In this document: piece by piece, positions 37,526 to 47,767 of the stretch | Position numbering within the stretch: the stretch's first letter is position 1 | Layout: every line of letters begins with the position of its first letter | Virus record (IMG/VR): IMGVR_UViG_3300028197_000950 | Span: 1 to 63,393 of that record | Length of the DNA stretch: 63,393 nt | DNA from: a virus | Taxonomy: Duplodnaviria; Caudoviricetes | Strand: one strand, 5' to 3' | The notes under the pieces: generated by a model | What the model saw: only the letters and a program-made list of their open reading frames with translations | What the model was told of the DNA's origin: nothing | Database searches by the model: none | Made by a program: the position numbers and the translations under genes

Positions 37526-39751
37526 TTATTTTTTTATTTTAGATAAACTTCCTTCGTTATTATATTTCATTATACCCAAGTCAATACTTTTTTTAATAAT
37601 AGTAGATACAGGCGTATACCTGTTCTTGTTGCAAGCCATTATAGCTAAACCAGAACTTATAGAAGCATCATGTTTTGTTCTGTTGTTTATATCAAAAGTA
37701 GCCCAGTCTTCTAGTGTTTTTTGAAAAAACATATCACCATATTCTTCGTTTGAATATCCAATATGACTTTCTATATAAGACTCAATAGCTGCTGCATGTG
37801 CTTGTTTTATATCTTCGCTTGAGTTAGGTATTCCACCAATTTCTTTTTCTGTTATAGATAATTTATTCCATACTCTATCAGGTCTGTTCATTGAAAAACC
37901 TCTATAACCTCTACGTTTAAAATAGTATAATAACCTTGGTTTGTTGTTCTCACACAATATTGGCATACCATAAAATACACAAGCCATAAGTACATCTTCA
38001 AAGAATATTTCAGCTGTTTGAGGTCTTGATATATATTCTAAAAAGAAATGGTTAGGTGGTGCATCTTCCATAGAGAACTTAGTTAAACCATGTAATGATC
38101 CATTAGATCCTTTTCCATCTACAGTTCCAGAGATATCATAACTATCACAACCAAATGCACCTATCTGTTCATTGCCAGGGTATTTTATGCCATTTTTAAT
38201 TACAACTCTATTTTGTAGATTAATATTAGGAACCCAAGATACTTTAAACCTACCGTTTCTATTAGGCATAAATACTACTTTAGTATCTTTAACTCCATTA
38301 ACCCATTGAAAATTACCTACAGATACTCTACTTAAGTTGTTAATTTCGTCATTATAATCTATTTGTTGATATATTTTAGTTAAATTAAACAAACTTTGTT
38401 TAGACTCATCTCTAAAAGCGTGTTGCTCTGTTCTTGGAAATTGTCTATAGTATTCATTTAAACTGTCCTGATCTGACTTTAAACCATCTACTTCATTTTC
38501 CCAGTGTTCAATAACGCCTGTTGTAATGTCATAACCGTCAACTCCTTTGATTGTATCTTTTTCTCTAATGAAAACAGGTGATCCGTAAGAATCCATGAAT
38601 CCTTCGTAGTTCCACTCCATAGGGACGAACAGAGAATAGAGTCCAGAAGAAGTTTGTCCGTTACGATTTCTTTTTGTAACGTCTGAATTATAGTATAACT
38701 TTTTGAAGTTGTTTCCACCTTTATCTAATGCATTTGAAGTTGAGCCCATCATACACTTACCTACGATTCTTGATCCTAGCCTTAGTGTTGTTTTTGTGAC
38801 TCTCCAGTTATTTAATATATTATCAGGTCTTTCCCATTTTCCGCTTTCATCGTGTGCTAATAGCTTTAGCTTTTCACCATCGTAAGAGTTATCACCTGTG
38901 TTTTTCCAGTCAATGGTTGTATCAAGTCCGTCAAGTTCTCTTAATTGCTCATTACTCTCAAGCTTTCTTCTAGTAAGTTTTGAAGCCGGAACCCTATACG
39001 CCAGTTCTGTCTTAGGACGATCCATACCGTCTTGGATCGGCTTGAAGAAAAACGGATAGTTAACGGATATTGGCACGACTTTATCTGTAAACATTTTTTT
39101 AGCATCTGCTCCAGATTTAGATAATATACCGAATCTGGCATCACTGGATATCGTCGCTTGATTAACAAGCTCTGCTGAGGACATAAATGAAAATCCAGAC
39201 CTTCTGTTTTTAAGATAGCACATACCGTAACATCTGTTATCTGCCTTGCATGCTTCCCAAAATATAAAGAATAATCTATTTGCTTCTCTATAATCTGGCG
39301 CTCCAACGTCGATCTTTGACCATTGTAAGTACATGTAGTGAGTACCAGTAATATAAGTAAGTAAACCTTTATTATAGAACCAATAGCCTTGATCTCTTCT
39401 TGTAAATTCTTTATCAATATAATCATACCACTCTTCTTTAAACTCAGTGTCATAATCTTCCCAGTCAAACCTAGATTTTATTCTACTTAGTTCTTTTGGA
39501 TACTCTTGTTTTTCCCATCTTTGATCCTTTTTAGCTTCGCTTCGTTTAAACGGTTCATTTGCTGCTGGTAAAGCAATCCTGAGATTTTGTATTTCAATGA
39601 TTTGTCCAATTTTTCCAGTTTTACTTATTACTATAAAATCATAATCAGAGTTATAACCATACTCCCATTTTTTTAAACGATTTTGTTTATTTAATATCTT
39701 AGGATTAATTAAATCTTTAACCTCTTTCCAAAGAGTTTGTTTGTAACTCAC
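37526..39751 (-). CDS. terL: Terminase large subunit
   Basis: LKNRRSGFS, HDESGK, GSTSN, FGCDSYD, CENNK and HDASISSG. Confidence 0.88.
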   Translation of the reverse strand: MSYKQTLWKEVKDLINPKILNKQNRLKKWEYGYNSDYDFIVISKTGKIGQIIEIQNLRIALPAANEPFKRSEAKKDQRWEKQEYPKELSRIKSRFDWEDYDTEFKEEWYDYIDKEFTRRDQGYWFYNKGLLTYITGTHYMYLQWSKIDVGAPDYREANRLFFIFWEACKADNRCYGMCYLKNRRSGFSFMSSAELVNQATISSDARFGILSKSGADAKKMFTDKVVPISVNYPFFFKPIQDGMDRPKTELAYRVPASKLTRRKLESNEQLRELDGLDTTIDWKNTGDNSYDGEKLKLLAHDESGKWERPDNILNNWRVTKTTLRLGSRIVGKCMMGSTSNALDKGGNNFKKLYYNSDVTKRNRNGQTSSGLYSLFVPMEWNYEGFMDSYGSPVFIREKDTIKGVDGYDITTGVIEHWENEVDGLKSDQDSLNEYYRQFPRTEQHAFRDESKQSLFNLTKIYQQIDYNDEINNLSRVSVGNFQWVNGVKDTKVVFMPNRNGRFKVSWVPNINLQNRVVIKNGIKYPGNEQIGAFGCDSYDISGTVDGKGSNGSLHGLTKFSMEDAPPNHFFLEYISRPQTAEIFFEDVLMACVFYGMPILCENNKPRLLYYFKRRGYRGFSMNRPDRVWNKLSITEKEIGGIPNSSEDIKQAHAAAIESYIESHIGYSNEEYGDMFFQKTLEDWATFDINNRTKHDASISSGLAIMACNKNRYTPVSTIIKKSIDLGIMKYNNEGSLSKIKK

Positions 39752-40023
39752 TTGCTTCTCCCTTCAGCAAAACCTTTAAAAGTTTTTTGATCTTTAACTT
39801 CTTTAGGTTTTTCGTTTAAAATATCTTCTTCTACTTGTATTCTAGTTAATATTTCAAAAGCATCAAATATCGCTAATTTTTTTGTTGCAGCAGCATTTTT
39901 TAATCTGTCAGCGCTTACATCGTCGTCTGAGTCTACAATCTTTTCTTTTGCTACTTTAATTAGTTCTTCAACTGCTTTCTGCCCAGCTTGGATTATTTTC
40001 TTTTTCGTTTCCTTTATATTCAT
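39748..40023 (-). CDS. Small helical protein, possible terminase small subunit
   Basis: ATGA-coupled immediately upstream of terL. Confidence 0.45.
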   Translation of the reverse strand: MNIKETKKKIIQAGQKAVEELIKVAKEKIVDSDDDVSADRLKNAAATKKLAIFDAFEILTRIQVEEDILNEKPKEVKDQKTFKGFAEGRSK

Positions 40024-40561
40024 GGGTTAAGGCTATATCATTTGATTTCATACAATAGAGTCGTTCACCATCTATAATAAACTCAAATTCAGAGTTTGGG
40101 GTAAACGTAATAAGTGTTCCAGGAGTTACTCCTAGCGCTTCTAAGGTCTTATTAGTATATTTTACTATACCAACGTTAGGTTGTTCTTTTCTATTCTCTA
40201 GAAAACTGGTATTTAAAACTGGTTTTATAAAGCAATAATCTAAATGTGGCTTTAAGTTGTACATATAGATTTGCTCAGGTGAAACAAAATAAAGATCATC
40301 TTTAAAATAAGTTGAACTATTTCTTTCTTTTCCTTTTTGATCATACCATCTTCTAAATATATTATGATGAATATAAATTTCATCTCCTACATTTACTTTA
40401 GTTTTAAGAGCAGCCGGAGTAGAAACTACAACTGCTTTTTTACTAATAAATTGATGATCTTCAATGCCTGTATTAATAATAAGTTTTTTACTACCTATTT
40501 TTTTTACATTATCGTATCTTTTATTTAAAGGTTTTACGATAAAGCTATATAAGCTTTTCAT
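39968..40561 (-). CDS. GroES-like co-chaperonin (double-length)
   Basis: AVVVSTP...VNVGDEIY and a second GIVKY...GVTPGTLITF...LYCMKSNDI unit. Confidence 0.6.
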   Translation of the reverse strand: MKSLYSFIVKPLNKRYDNVKKIGSKKLIINTGIEDHQFISKKAVVVSTPAALKTKVNVGDEIYIHHNIFRRWYDQKGKERNSSTYFKDDLYFVSPEQIYMYNLKPHLDYCFIKPVLNTSFLENRKEQPNVGIVKYTNKTLEALGVTPGTLITFTPNSEFEFIIDGERLYCMKSNDIALTHEYKGNEKENNPSWAESS

Positions 40562-40785
40562 TAATACTTAAGATCGTATTCTACAGAAACAGCCATATTA
40601 GAATTAAACTTTTTCCAAGGTAAAACCTCATCGTTTTTAGTTATAAAAATGTTATACGATTGATCTTTGTCTTTGAAAATAATATCACTAATTATATGAC
40701 CACCATAAACTTCTTGTCCAGTAGCATAATGCATAGCTTCATTCTTATAATCAGCCCCTATACTAATTTTCCTTATCTTCGACAT
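40561..40785 (-). CDS. Hypothetical protein
   Basis: TAATG-coupled ORF. Confidence 0.6.
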   Translation of the reverse strand: MSKIRKISIGADYKNEAMHYATGQEVYGGHIISDIIFKDKDQSYNIFITKNDEVLPWKKFNSNMAVSVEYDLKY

Positions 40786-41011
40786 CTTCTTTTATCTCAG
40801 TGTAAGAACCATTTTCTAAGTTTATATTAACTCTTCCGTATTCTTTTTCTAAAATTTCTTTAAAATCTTCTATATCTCTATTAGCAGCAGATATATCATG
40901 TAATAACCCATGCTTTTGAGCTTCTAAAACACCTACGTTGTGTAGCATCTCAGCGAGTTGAGTTTGCTGTTCTTTAATTAATTTTAAATCTTCTTCTTTT
41001 ATTTTATTCAT
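40763..41011 (-). CDS. Small coiled-coil protein
   Basis: LEKEYGRVNINLENG C-terminus; follows a class B motif. Confidence 0.6.
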   Translation of the reverse strand: MNKIKEEDLKLIKEQQTQLAEMLHNVGVLEAQKHGLLHDISAANRDIEDFKEILEKEYGRVNINLENGSYTEIKEDVEDKEN

Positions 41012-41043
41012 TTTATTTGATTTTATTTGATTGTTAATTATAT

Positions 41044-41069
41044 ATTTACTTGTTTTAAATTTTATTTAC
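41044..41069 (-). promoter_or_regulatory. Class B promoter motif GTAAAT-N14-GTAAAT upstream of the packaging/head operon
   Basis: Intergenic, with the same 14-nt spacer. Confidence 0.6.
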
Positions 41070-41071
41070 TC

Positions 41072-41695
41072 TTAATCATCATCAACAGGCGTAGGTCCTG
41101 CCATAAATCCTGGACCACAACTTTTTGGATCGTCAGCTCTTCCAAAATCTTGAATTTCAAAAGAATTTCCACTTGATGCTTCTTTATAGTAACCAGGGTC
41201 AGCTACATTTCTACCGTCTTTAACCTCACTTTTATAAATTGTATCACCTCTTACTACATTACCTTCACCTTCTTTATATAATAATCCATATTCAGCTTGC
41301 TCACAAGCTTCTTCATGGCTTTCTGCCGGCTTAATTGTTGAATTAAAAGGTAATAGCGGTGTTGGACAATTACCAATATTACTTACTACGTTTGAGCCTT
41401 TCGTCATCCCATAATAACCAGAAGACTTATCAGCTTTTTTATATGCTAAGAAAAATTCAGTAATAAGTGGTTTAGTTCCCTCTGGGTCTATATATATTTT
41501 ATCACCAACTGCTAGAGGGTCATCTCCATTATCTTTATAGTATGTAGTATCTATTTCAAAATCACAAGCCGCTAAACCTTCGCCTCCATTTAAAGTACTA
41601 AGAAAAGGTCTTATTACTACTGGTCTAGGCTCTGGTGGTATTCCTCCACCTCCTGGCTTTAAAGCTGATATTGGTATTCCTAATCTTATTTTCAT
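41072..41695 (-). CDS. Putative virion surface protein with two internal repeats
   Basis: N-terminus MKIRLGIPI...PGGGG; duplicated PF.ST...AC...YK...GD.IY unit. Confidence 0.55.
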   Translation of the reverse strand: MKIRLGIPISALKPGGGGIPPEPRPVVIRPFLSTLNGGEGLAACDFEIDTTYYKDNGDDPLAVGDKIYIDPEGTKPLITEFFLAYKKADKSSGYYGMTKGSNVVSNIGNCPTPLLPFNSTIKPAESHEEACEQAEYGLLYKEGEGNVVRGDTIYKSEVKDGRNVADPGYYKEASSGNSFEIQDFGRADDPKSCGPGFMAGPTPVDDD

Positions 41696-41931
41696 ATCAA
41701 CTCGTCTTCTGTTGGTGGATCAGGAATTATATCCCATTTGGCTAATTGTAATAACCAATCTTCTTCATTATAATATGAGTCAATTATAGGTTGTCCAGAG
41801 TCAAGTTCTGTTCCTGCTAAGCAAAAACCATAATGAACAACACTAGGTTTACCGACTCTAACAAATAAAACTTTTGCTTGATTATGTGCTATAAACCACG
41901 TGTCTTTTTCTACTACTTTTTTTACACTCAT
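41692..41931 (-). CDS. Hypothetical protein
   Basis: ORF in operon. Confidence 0.55.
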   Translation of the reverse strand: MSVKKVVEKDTWFIAHNQAKVLFVRVGKPSVVHYGFCLAGTELDSGQPIIDSYYNEEDWLLQLAKWDIIPDPPTEDELI

Positions 41932-41936
41932 TTTAA

Positions 41937-43655
41937 TTAATTTATTCTTGTATCACCTGTAATTGTCCAACCAGCTATGGCGCCTGCTAGATAATCTCTT
42001 GCCTCACCAGCATCACCAAAATTAGCTCCACCACTTGCTGAATTATTAAATTGTAAACTTGCTAAAGCTGCTATTTGAGCAGCATTTACATTATAAGGAG
42101 CTGAATTATTGTAAACTTGATTTGCCCAGCCAACAATAGTATTTGTCCAATTAACATCACTTAATGTCTGATTCTTATAGAATAAATACTGCATTGTATT
42201 AATATTTGGACCTAATGTCATTGATCCTAAATCATAATTATAATCTACATCAAAAAGAAATCTATCAAGAAAACCATTAACATTCCAAGAACTTAAATCA
42301 AAATCAATTTTAGTTTCAGCAAATAAGTAATAGAAGTTGACGCAGTTATCAACATTCCAAGAGCTTAAATCACCATCAAATTTAGTTGCCTTGTAAAGAA
42401 ATTGATACATACTTGTAACATTACTCATGTCCCAAGAACTAATATCTGAATTAAATTCATAATTAAAAGCAAAAGTTCCTATAGCATTTACAAGTGAGGA
42501 AGTGTCCCAATCGCTAATATCACTATCAAAATCATAAGTTTGATAAAACATAAACTGCATATTTGTAACATTACTAACGTCCCAAGCATAATAGGTATTA
42601 TCATCAACAGTAACTTGCTTTGTATTTATACCAGGATTTTCATTGTTCATAGCTGTTCTTCTAAGCATACTAAACATATTAGTAACATTAGAAGTATCCC
42701 AAGTAGATATATCACCATTAAATGATGTGGCGTTCATAAGCAAACTATTAGCATCCCATATTTTTGAAAAGTCCCACGTATTTAGGTCTTTATTAAGACT
42801 CGTACAACCTTGAAAACAATAGCGTATGGATTTTAATGGTCCTTCTTCATCCCCCAATTTCCACGTTTCTAAGCCTTTACCTTCAAATGCAATATTATTA
42901 GTAAACATATAATCCATTGTAGTACATGACGAAAAATCCCAATTACCTACACTTGAATTAAAATCACTAATTTTACTTTGAGAATACATAAATTGATCTA
43001 TTCTTTTCACGTTGGAAATATCCCAATTGTCTAAGTCTTGATTAAAGACTCTAGTATCTCTAAACATGGAAAACATAGTGGTAATGTTAGAAACATCCCA
43101 AGTGTTAATTGACTCATTACCTTTAAAGTTAAAACAACCATTAAACATGTGTGACATATTAGTAGCTGCAGAAAAATCAGGCGTGTCTGTAGCTGTCATA
43201 TCCATAGCTTCGCAATACTGAAACATATAATACGGAAGATATAAAGAGTGTTGTCCCCATTGTATAATTTCTCTTATGTCTTGCCTACCAGCGCCTAGCT
43301 CTTTGTAAATAGACCACATGCCTCCAAAACTTGCAGTATCGTTTTTTTTATTACCTATAGACATTACAGGGTTCTCAACAGTACCATCATATTGGTGTGT
43401 TACAGGTTGAATTGTTCCACCTGTCCCTGATAAAATATCTACTGTACCATCACCCCAGTCTATAGTTAAATCTCCAGTTGTCTTGTAAAGTCTAAAAATT
43501 CTAGCTTCCTTAGGTGCACCAATAGAAACATTCCAAGATAATTTATAAGGATATGGATCTGTAGGTATAATTACACGACCACCACCACCACCAGGTCTAG
43601 AAATACCAGGTAAACTAGATAAAGATGGTATTGGGAAGCCGATACCTAATTTCAC
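41937..43655 (-). CDS. BspA/DUF285-type repeat surface protein with a PKD-like domain (GTG start)
   Basis: IDWGDGT followed by many WDxSNVTxMxxMF...FNxDI repeats. Confidence 0.8.
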   Translation of the reverse strand: MKLGIGFPIPSLSSLPGISRPGGGGGRVIIPTDPYPYKLSWNVSIGAPKEARIFRLYKTTGDLTIDWGDGTVDILSGTGGTIQPVTHQYDGTVENPVMSIGNKKNDTASFGGMWSIYKELGAGRQDIREIIQWGQHSLYLPYYMFQYCEAMDMTATDTPDFSAATNMSHMFNGCFNFKGNESINTWDVSNITTMFSMFRDTRVFNQDLDNWDISNVKRIDQFMYSQSKISDFNSSVGNWDFSSCTTMDYMFTNNIAFEGKGLETWKLGDEEGPLKSIRYCFQGCTSLNKDLNTWDFSKIWDANSLLMNATSFNGDISTWDTSNVTNMFSMLRRTAMNNENPGINTKQVTVDDNTYYAWDVSNVTNMQFMFYQTYDFDSDISDWDTSSLVNAIGTFAFNYEFNSDISSWDMSNVTSMYQFLYKATKFDGDLSSWNVDNCVNFYYLFAETKIDFDLSSWNVNGFLDRFLFDVDYNYDLGSMTLGPNINTMQYLFYKNQTLSDVNWTNTIVGWANQVYNNSAPYNVNAAQIAALASLQFNNSASGGANFGDAGEARDYLAGAIAGWTITGDTRIN

Positions 43656-43658
43656 AAT

Positions 43659-44075
43659 TTAAAATAAAGCTATTATTCTTTTATCTACTTCTGCAGCCGT
43701 GAATGCTTCAGCGGGCGCTATACTTGTTACTTCCCAAACTTTAGTTACTAAAATTGGTAAAAAAGAACCTGCTGTTACACCATAAAAAGTGACTGATTTA
43801 GCAAGTGATGTGTCTGCTGGTTGTCCTTCCATAACTACTGTTATATTACAAGATACTCCAACATACAAACAAGCTCCCCTGCTTAATACACTAACACTGT
43901 CTCCAGTTGTTGGTGTTCCGGTTTCTACTACTTGTTGTCCTGTGGGATCTTCACCAGCATTTCCCCTTACAATGTTTGAACCTGTTATAGGATTTACTGA
44001 ATGAGCAAAAACTCTAGGTTGAGCTGCTTCGTTACCAGATAATCCATCTATATCTATATTAGTTATATCTGCCAT
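43659..44075 (-). CDS. Small beta-rich structural protein
   Basis: LYVG...VTF.GV.AGSFLPILVTKV...IIALF. Confidence 0.55.
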   Translation of the reverse strand: MADITNIDIDGLSGNEAAQPRVFAHSVNPITGSNIVRGNAGEDPTGQQVVETGTPTTGDSVSVLSRGACLYVGVSCNITVVMEGQPADTSLAKSVTFYGVTAGSFLPILVTKVWEVTSIAPAEAFTAAEVDKRIIALF

Positions 44076-44077
44076 TA

Positions 44078-44524
44078 TTATTTATTTATTTTTGTTATTT
44101 TTTCAGCACCACGACTTCCGAAGTAGGCTACGTAAACTGTTATTAATAGTGTTTTTAAAAGTTCTATCCAAGCTTCATCAACATCAAATTGTAAATGAAA
44201 AGAATCTACAGACATCATTAACACAGCGGAAGCTGTTAAAAATATAAGAGCTAGCGGCCTTGTGTTTTTTGAAAGCCATGAGTCACTTTTCATATCGCTC
44301 CTCCACCTGCTAGATACTTCTTTCATTTCAGCTATATCTTGTTCTATAAGCTTCATAGCCTGCTCTTTATCTATTGCCTTAATCTTATTATCACTTGATA
44401 TAAGATTTTTTACCACGCCAAGTGTTCCTTGATTAGGTAGTACATCTCCAAGAGCTTGTAATACCTTAGGAGCTTTGCTTGAAAGAAAAGCACCTATTTT
44501 TGTTTCTTTAAACGATTTTTTCAT
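44078..44524 (-). CDS. Holin-like membrane protein
   Basis: RWRSDMKSDSWLSKNTRP, two TM segments, AYFGSRG.EK. Confidence 0.7.
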   Translation of the reverse strand: MKKSFKETKIGAFLSSKAPKVLQALGDVLPNQGTLGVVKNLISSDNKIKAIDKEQAMKLIEQDIAEMKEVSSRWRSDMKSDSWLSKNTRPLALIFLTASAVLMMSVDSFHLQFDVDEAWIELLKTLLITVYVAYFGSRGAEKITKINK

Positions 44525-45816
44525 TAAGCAAAAAATTGTTTAATTTTAGCCCTTCTATCTGCGCTAGCTCGTCCTCTTTTTTGTTTTCTACCAGCCGAAC
44601 CAAGGGCTATAGATTCTTTTGCGGCCGCTAGTGGAGCAAATGTTTTTTTGTTAGCTTTTCTTTCAGACTTAGCTAATTTTTTACCTGACTTACTAGTAAC
44701 TCCTCCTTTTTTTGTTTTTAAACCAAATATCCCAGATTTACCACCACCTAAACATGATACGTCTGTGCTTTGAGGTGTACAAACTTTTGCTTCCTTGTAT
44801 TTAGTTACTTTAGGATCATTAACTTTATTTTTATCTTTATTGTTAGCTCTAGTTTTAGTTTTATTAGTTTCGTAAGTAGACGTACTTATAGTAGGCGCAC
44901 CTTTCAAAACCATTGATCGTTTAATACCTGGATTAATTTGTACAGCCGGTCTAATTGGCAATTTCTCTATTTTAGGAGGTGATTTTTTACCTGGATTTTC
45001 TTTATTCCATTTTATAGCTTTAGTCTCAAAATCTTTATAAGGTATGGACTTGTCTGTTTTATTGTAAGCTTCTTTATATCCAGTTACTTTTAAAGGCTTA
45101 ACAAAAGGTTTATTATCACCTTCAGTAGAACTACCGGGGGTTGATTCTTTAATTGGTACTGTTTTAAATTGTGTAACAGTTTCTGGAGTATTAATTTCAA
45201 TTTTAGTATCTGGAGGAGCTGGAGTTGTTGTTGTTGTAACAGGTCCTTTTGTATTTACTGATTTTGTTTTTCTACCTGTTTCAGAATTTTTAGTTATATT
45301 TTTGGTTACAGTTTCTCCTTTTCGGTTTGTTTTTACTTTAGTTTTAGTTGTTTTTGGGTCTTCATTTTCAGAAGCACCATCGTACATAGAAGCTCCTATT
45401 AAGCCTCTGCTTGTCATTTGGCTAAAAGGTTTATTATTACCTCTGTGACCGTTTAATTTAAATTTTGTTGATCCCATTTCTTCTGATTCTTTGTTCCTTG
45501 ATTTTTCACTAGCCTTGTAAGCTTCCTTCTCCCAAGGTAATTGTTCGTTGTGTTCGTTTAAATTTGCTCTAGGGTAAGTTTTACCTTTCCAATAGAAATT
45601 TTCTTTATCATAATCTAAATCACCTTTGGCTTGTTGCTCTTGGTGGACTTTTTCATGAGCTATAACATGCTGCTCCTCTTCTGGGCTAATACCGCTCTGC
45701 ACTATTATACCAGTATGGTTTGATTTACCAATAGATCCGTCTGTTAAATCTTTCTTGTAAACAGCTATGTTCATATTAGATTTATCGTATGGTGCACCTT
45801 TTAGTTTAAAACCCAT
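44524..45816 (-). CDS. Zincin-like metallopeptidase domain with a long Lys/Thr-rich tail
   Basis: VIAHEKVHQEQ...LPWEKEAY (HExxH plus downstream E). Confidence 0.7.
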   Translation of the reverse strand: MGFKLKGAPYDKSNMNIAVYKKDLTDGSIGKSNHTGIIVQSGISPEEEQHVIAHEKVHQEQQAKGDLDYDKENFYWKGKTYPRANLNEHNEQLPWEKEAYKASEKSRNKESEEMGSTKFKLNGHRGNNKPFSQMTSRGLIGASMYDGASENEDPKTTKTKVKTNRKGETVTKNITKNSETGRKTKSVNTKGPVTTTTTPAPPDTKIEINTPETVTQFKTVPIKESTPGSSTEGDNKPFVKPLKVTGYKEAYNKTDKSIPYKDFETKAIKWNKENPGKKSPPKIEKLPIRPAVQINPGIKRSMVLKGAPTISTSTYETNKTKTRANNKDKNKVNDPKVTKYKEAKVCTPQSTDVSCLGGGKSGIFGLKTKKGGVTSKSGKKLAKSERKANKKTFAPLAAAKESIALGSAGRKQKRGRASADRRAKIKQFFA

Positions 45817-45819
45817 TAT

Positions 45820-46032
45820 TTATTTTTTAGTCTTTTTTTCAGCTTTTATTTGTTTATTAGTTAAAGGAACATCAGCATCGGTAGAAGGACGCATTTTTAT
45901 TGTGCCTTTATCACAGTAAAACTCTCTTCTTTCTCTAGCAGCTTCTTCTTTACCACCTTCTTTTTCTGCATAACCAGCTTCCCAAGCTTTCCAAGCTTTT
46001 CCACATTTACCTTTATTACCTAATTTGCTCAT
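45820..46032 (-). CDS. Small Lys-rich protein
   Basis: TAATG-coupled ORF. Confidence 0.55.
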   Translation of the reverse strand: MSKLGNKGKCGKAWKAWEAGYAEKEGGKEEAARERREFYCDKGTIKMRPSTDADVPLTNKQIKAEKKTKK

Positions 46033-46487
46033 TATTTATTTTTATTATTATAACCTTTAACCGCCATTTTATTTCTAGCATCGTATTCAGATTGAGTCAT
46101 GTTAGTTCCGAAAACCTTAGGTTCATTTTTTTTAGCTTTTTTAGCTTTTATTGATGCAACTTTGTCTTTAATTTTGTTTTTAATTTTACCCTTTGGCTTC
46201 ATTGAAGCGCCATCAGAAGCTAGTATTTTAGATTTTAAACCGTCTGGTAAATTCTTTTGTTTACCTTTTAACGGAACTGAAGCACCATCTTCTTTTTTAG
46301 TTTTACAACCAAAGTTATTAGCATAGTTAGCCATTTTAACTACGGCTGGAGAATACTTTTTAGTACGAGATCTCATTACTTTGCTAGCAGCTTTACAAGT
46401 GTCCATACCACCCATATTCTTTTCTACCCACGCAGTGAATTTACCTTCGTTCTTTTTCTTTATTTCTGGAAATTCTTTTTTAGCCAT
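46032..46487 (-). CDS. Lys-rich protein with two DGAS motifs
   Basis: ORF track translation. Confidence 0.6.
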   Translation of the reverse strand: MAKKEFPEIKKKNEGKFTAWVEKNMGGMDTCKAASKVMRSRTKKYSPAVVKMANYANNFGCKTKKEDGASVPLKGKQKNLPDGLKSKILASDGASMKPKGKIKNKIKDKVASIKAKKAKKNEPKVFGTNMTQSEYDARNKMAVKGYNNKNK

Positions 46488-46493
46488 TTTGTT

Positions 46494-46643
46494 TTATTTA
46501 TTAATATTATACGGAAAATTTTTATTAAACCATTGTTTGCGTTCGTCACAACCGCAACCACCTGGGATCATATCTGCAACTCTTTTTATACCTGTTGCCT
46601 TTGTAAATTTTTCTATGCTATCGCCTAAACCTCTTGATTTCAT
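46494..46643 (-). CDS. Small protein (49 aa) MKSRGLGDSIEKFTKATGIK...GCGCDERK, not in ORF track
   Basis: ATGA-coupled; fills the gap in the operon; CGC motif. Confidence 0.65.
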   Translation of the reverse strand: MKSRGLGDSIEKFTKATGIKRVADMIPGGCGCDERKQWFNKNFPYNINK

Positions 46644-46921
46644 TTTTCTTTATTTGATTGACAAAAACTTCTAGCTGCGCCTACGCTATCAAATCCCCAC
46701 TTTTTTAAAGCTATAGCTTTTCTAGTTGGTTTACCATTTGGTTTTTTCATAGGACCTTTCATACCAGCAAATCTACAAGCAAAAGAAACTCTACGTTTGT
46801 TTTTACCAGTAGTTAATCTTTTACCTAGTGTTTTGCCTGTTTCTGATTTATACTCAGAACGCATTTTACGATTTGATTTTTCGTATCCAGCGTCGTTCAT
46901 AATTCTCTTGCTTTTTCCCAC
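46640..46921 (-). CDS. Basic protein with SFACRF...GPMKKPNGKPTRK.IALKKW motif
   Basis: ORF in operon. Confidence 0.6.
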   Translation of the reverse strand: MGKSKRIMNDAGYEKSNRKMRSEYKSETGKTLGKRLTTGKNKRRVSFACRFAGMKGPMKKPNGKPTRKAIALKKWGFDSVGAARSFCQSNKEK

Positions 46922-47280
46922 CCACGCTTAACCATTCTATCAGCTCTCTTTGTTTTAACGTCTTTTTTTTTACGTTTATAATCTTGAAAATATGCATCAG
47001 AACTTGTGTCTGTAAACTTGTCTTTAGTTACACGTACTCTTTTTTTTCTTTCTTCTTTAAGCCTTTGTTTTTCTGCTTTTGGAGATTCACTAATTATATA
47101 AGTGTAACCATTGTCCTTATCTTTCATTGAAGCTCCATCTTTTTTACCTTTAATAGGTCTACAAGCAGGAACCATTTTTTCACCTTTTTTCTTCATGACT
47201 ATTTGGCCATCACTACCCATTGCTGTGTAACCTTTCCAACATGGATTTTTCTTTTTTGATTTACCTCTTTTAGTTGCCAT
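46897..47280 (-). CDS. Basic protein with PCWKGY...VPAC motif and DGAS
   Basis: ORF in operon. Confidence 0.6.
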   Translation of the reverse strand: MATKRGKSKKKNPCWKGYTAMGSDGQIVMKKKGEKMVPACRPIKGKKDGASMKDKDNGYTYIISESPKAEKQRLKEERKKRVRVTKDKFTDTSSDAYFQDYKRKKKDVKTKRADRMVKRGWEKAREL

Positions 47281-47411
47281 TATTTTTTACAGTTTTTAGA
47301 TTTTTTATGGTCATAACCATTTTTTTTTAAAGACAAATGTTTTTTCATGGTTTTAGCCATTACTTCTTTACAGTCTTTATACATCATATGGGGTTTAAAT
47401 TCTTCAGCCAT
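47280..47411 (-). CDS. Small basic protein (43 aa) MAEEFKPHMMY..., not in ORF track
   Basis: TAATG-coupled at both ends. Confidence 0.65.
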   Translation of the reverse strand: MAEEFKPHMMYKDCKEVMAKTMKKHLSLKKNGYDHKKSKNCKK

Positions 47412-47767
47412 TATCTACGTTTTTTTGATTTCAATGCTAAAACTTGTTTAGCTAATTCATCTAGTTTTCCATCAGTCTTTGTGCCATCTTTTACAAGTGT
47501 AGAAAGCACTTTAATTTCTTCAGATAATATATCATTCATCTGCTCCATCATATCAACTCTTTCTTTTAGATCTTCTATATTAGCATGATTCCATTGTTCT
47601 TTTAAATCATATTCTAATCTCTTAACCTCTGTAGGTGGCATTCTTTTCGCTAAATCAATATCATCTTGTAATGTATAATACATACCAACTAAAGTAGTTG
47701 TTAACATAATTATACCTATTACTGTTTTTATATCAATTTTAAATTCTGTGTTTTCAGATATTTTCAT
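47411..47767 (-). CDS. Membrane-anchored coiled-coil protein, possible spanin (start revised from 47938)
   Basis: One TM helix then coiled coil, directly after the endolysin. Confidence 0.55.
   Translation of the reverse strand: MKISENTEFKIDIKTVIGIIMLTTTLVGMYYTLQDDIDLAKRMPPTEVKRLEYDLKEQWNHANIEDLKERVDMMEQMNDILSEEIKVLSTLVKDGTKTDGKLDELAKQVLALKSKKRR

Noticed and set aside
41937-43655. Diversity-generating retroelement target
   Set aside because: No reverse transcriptase, and I saw no template repeat differing only at adenines.
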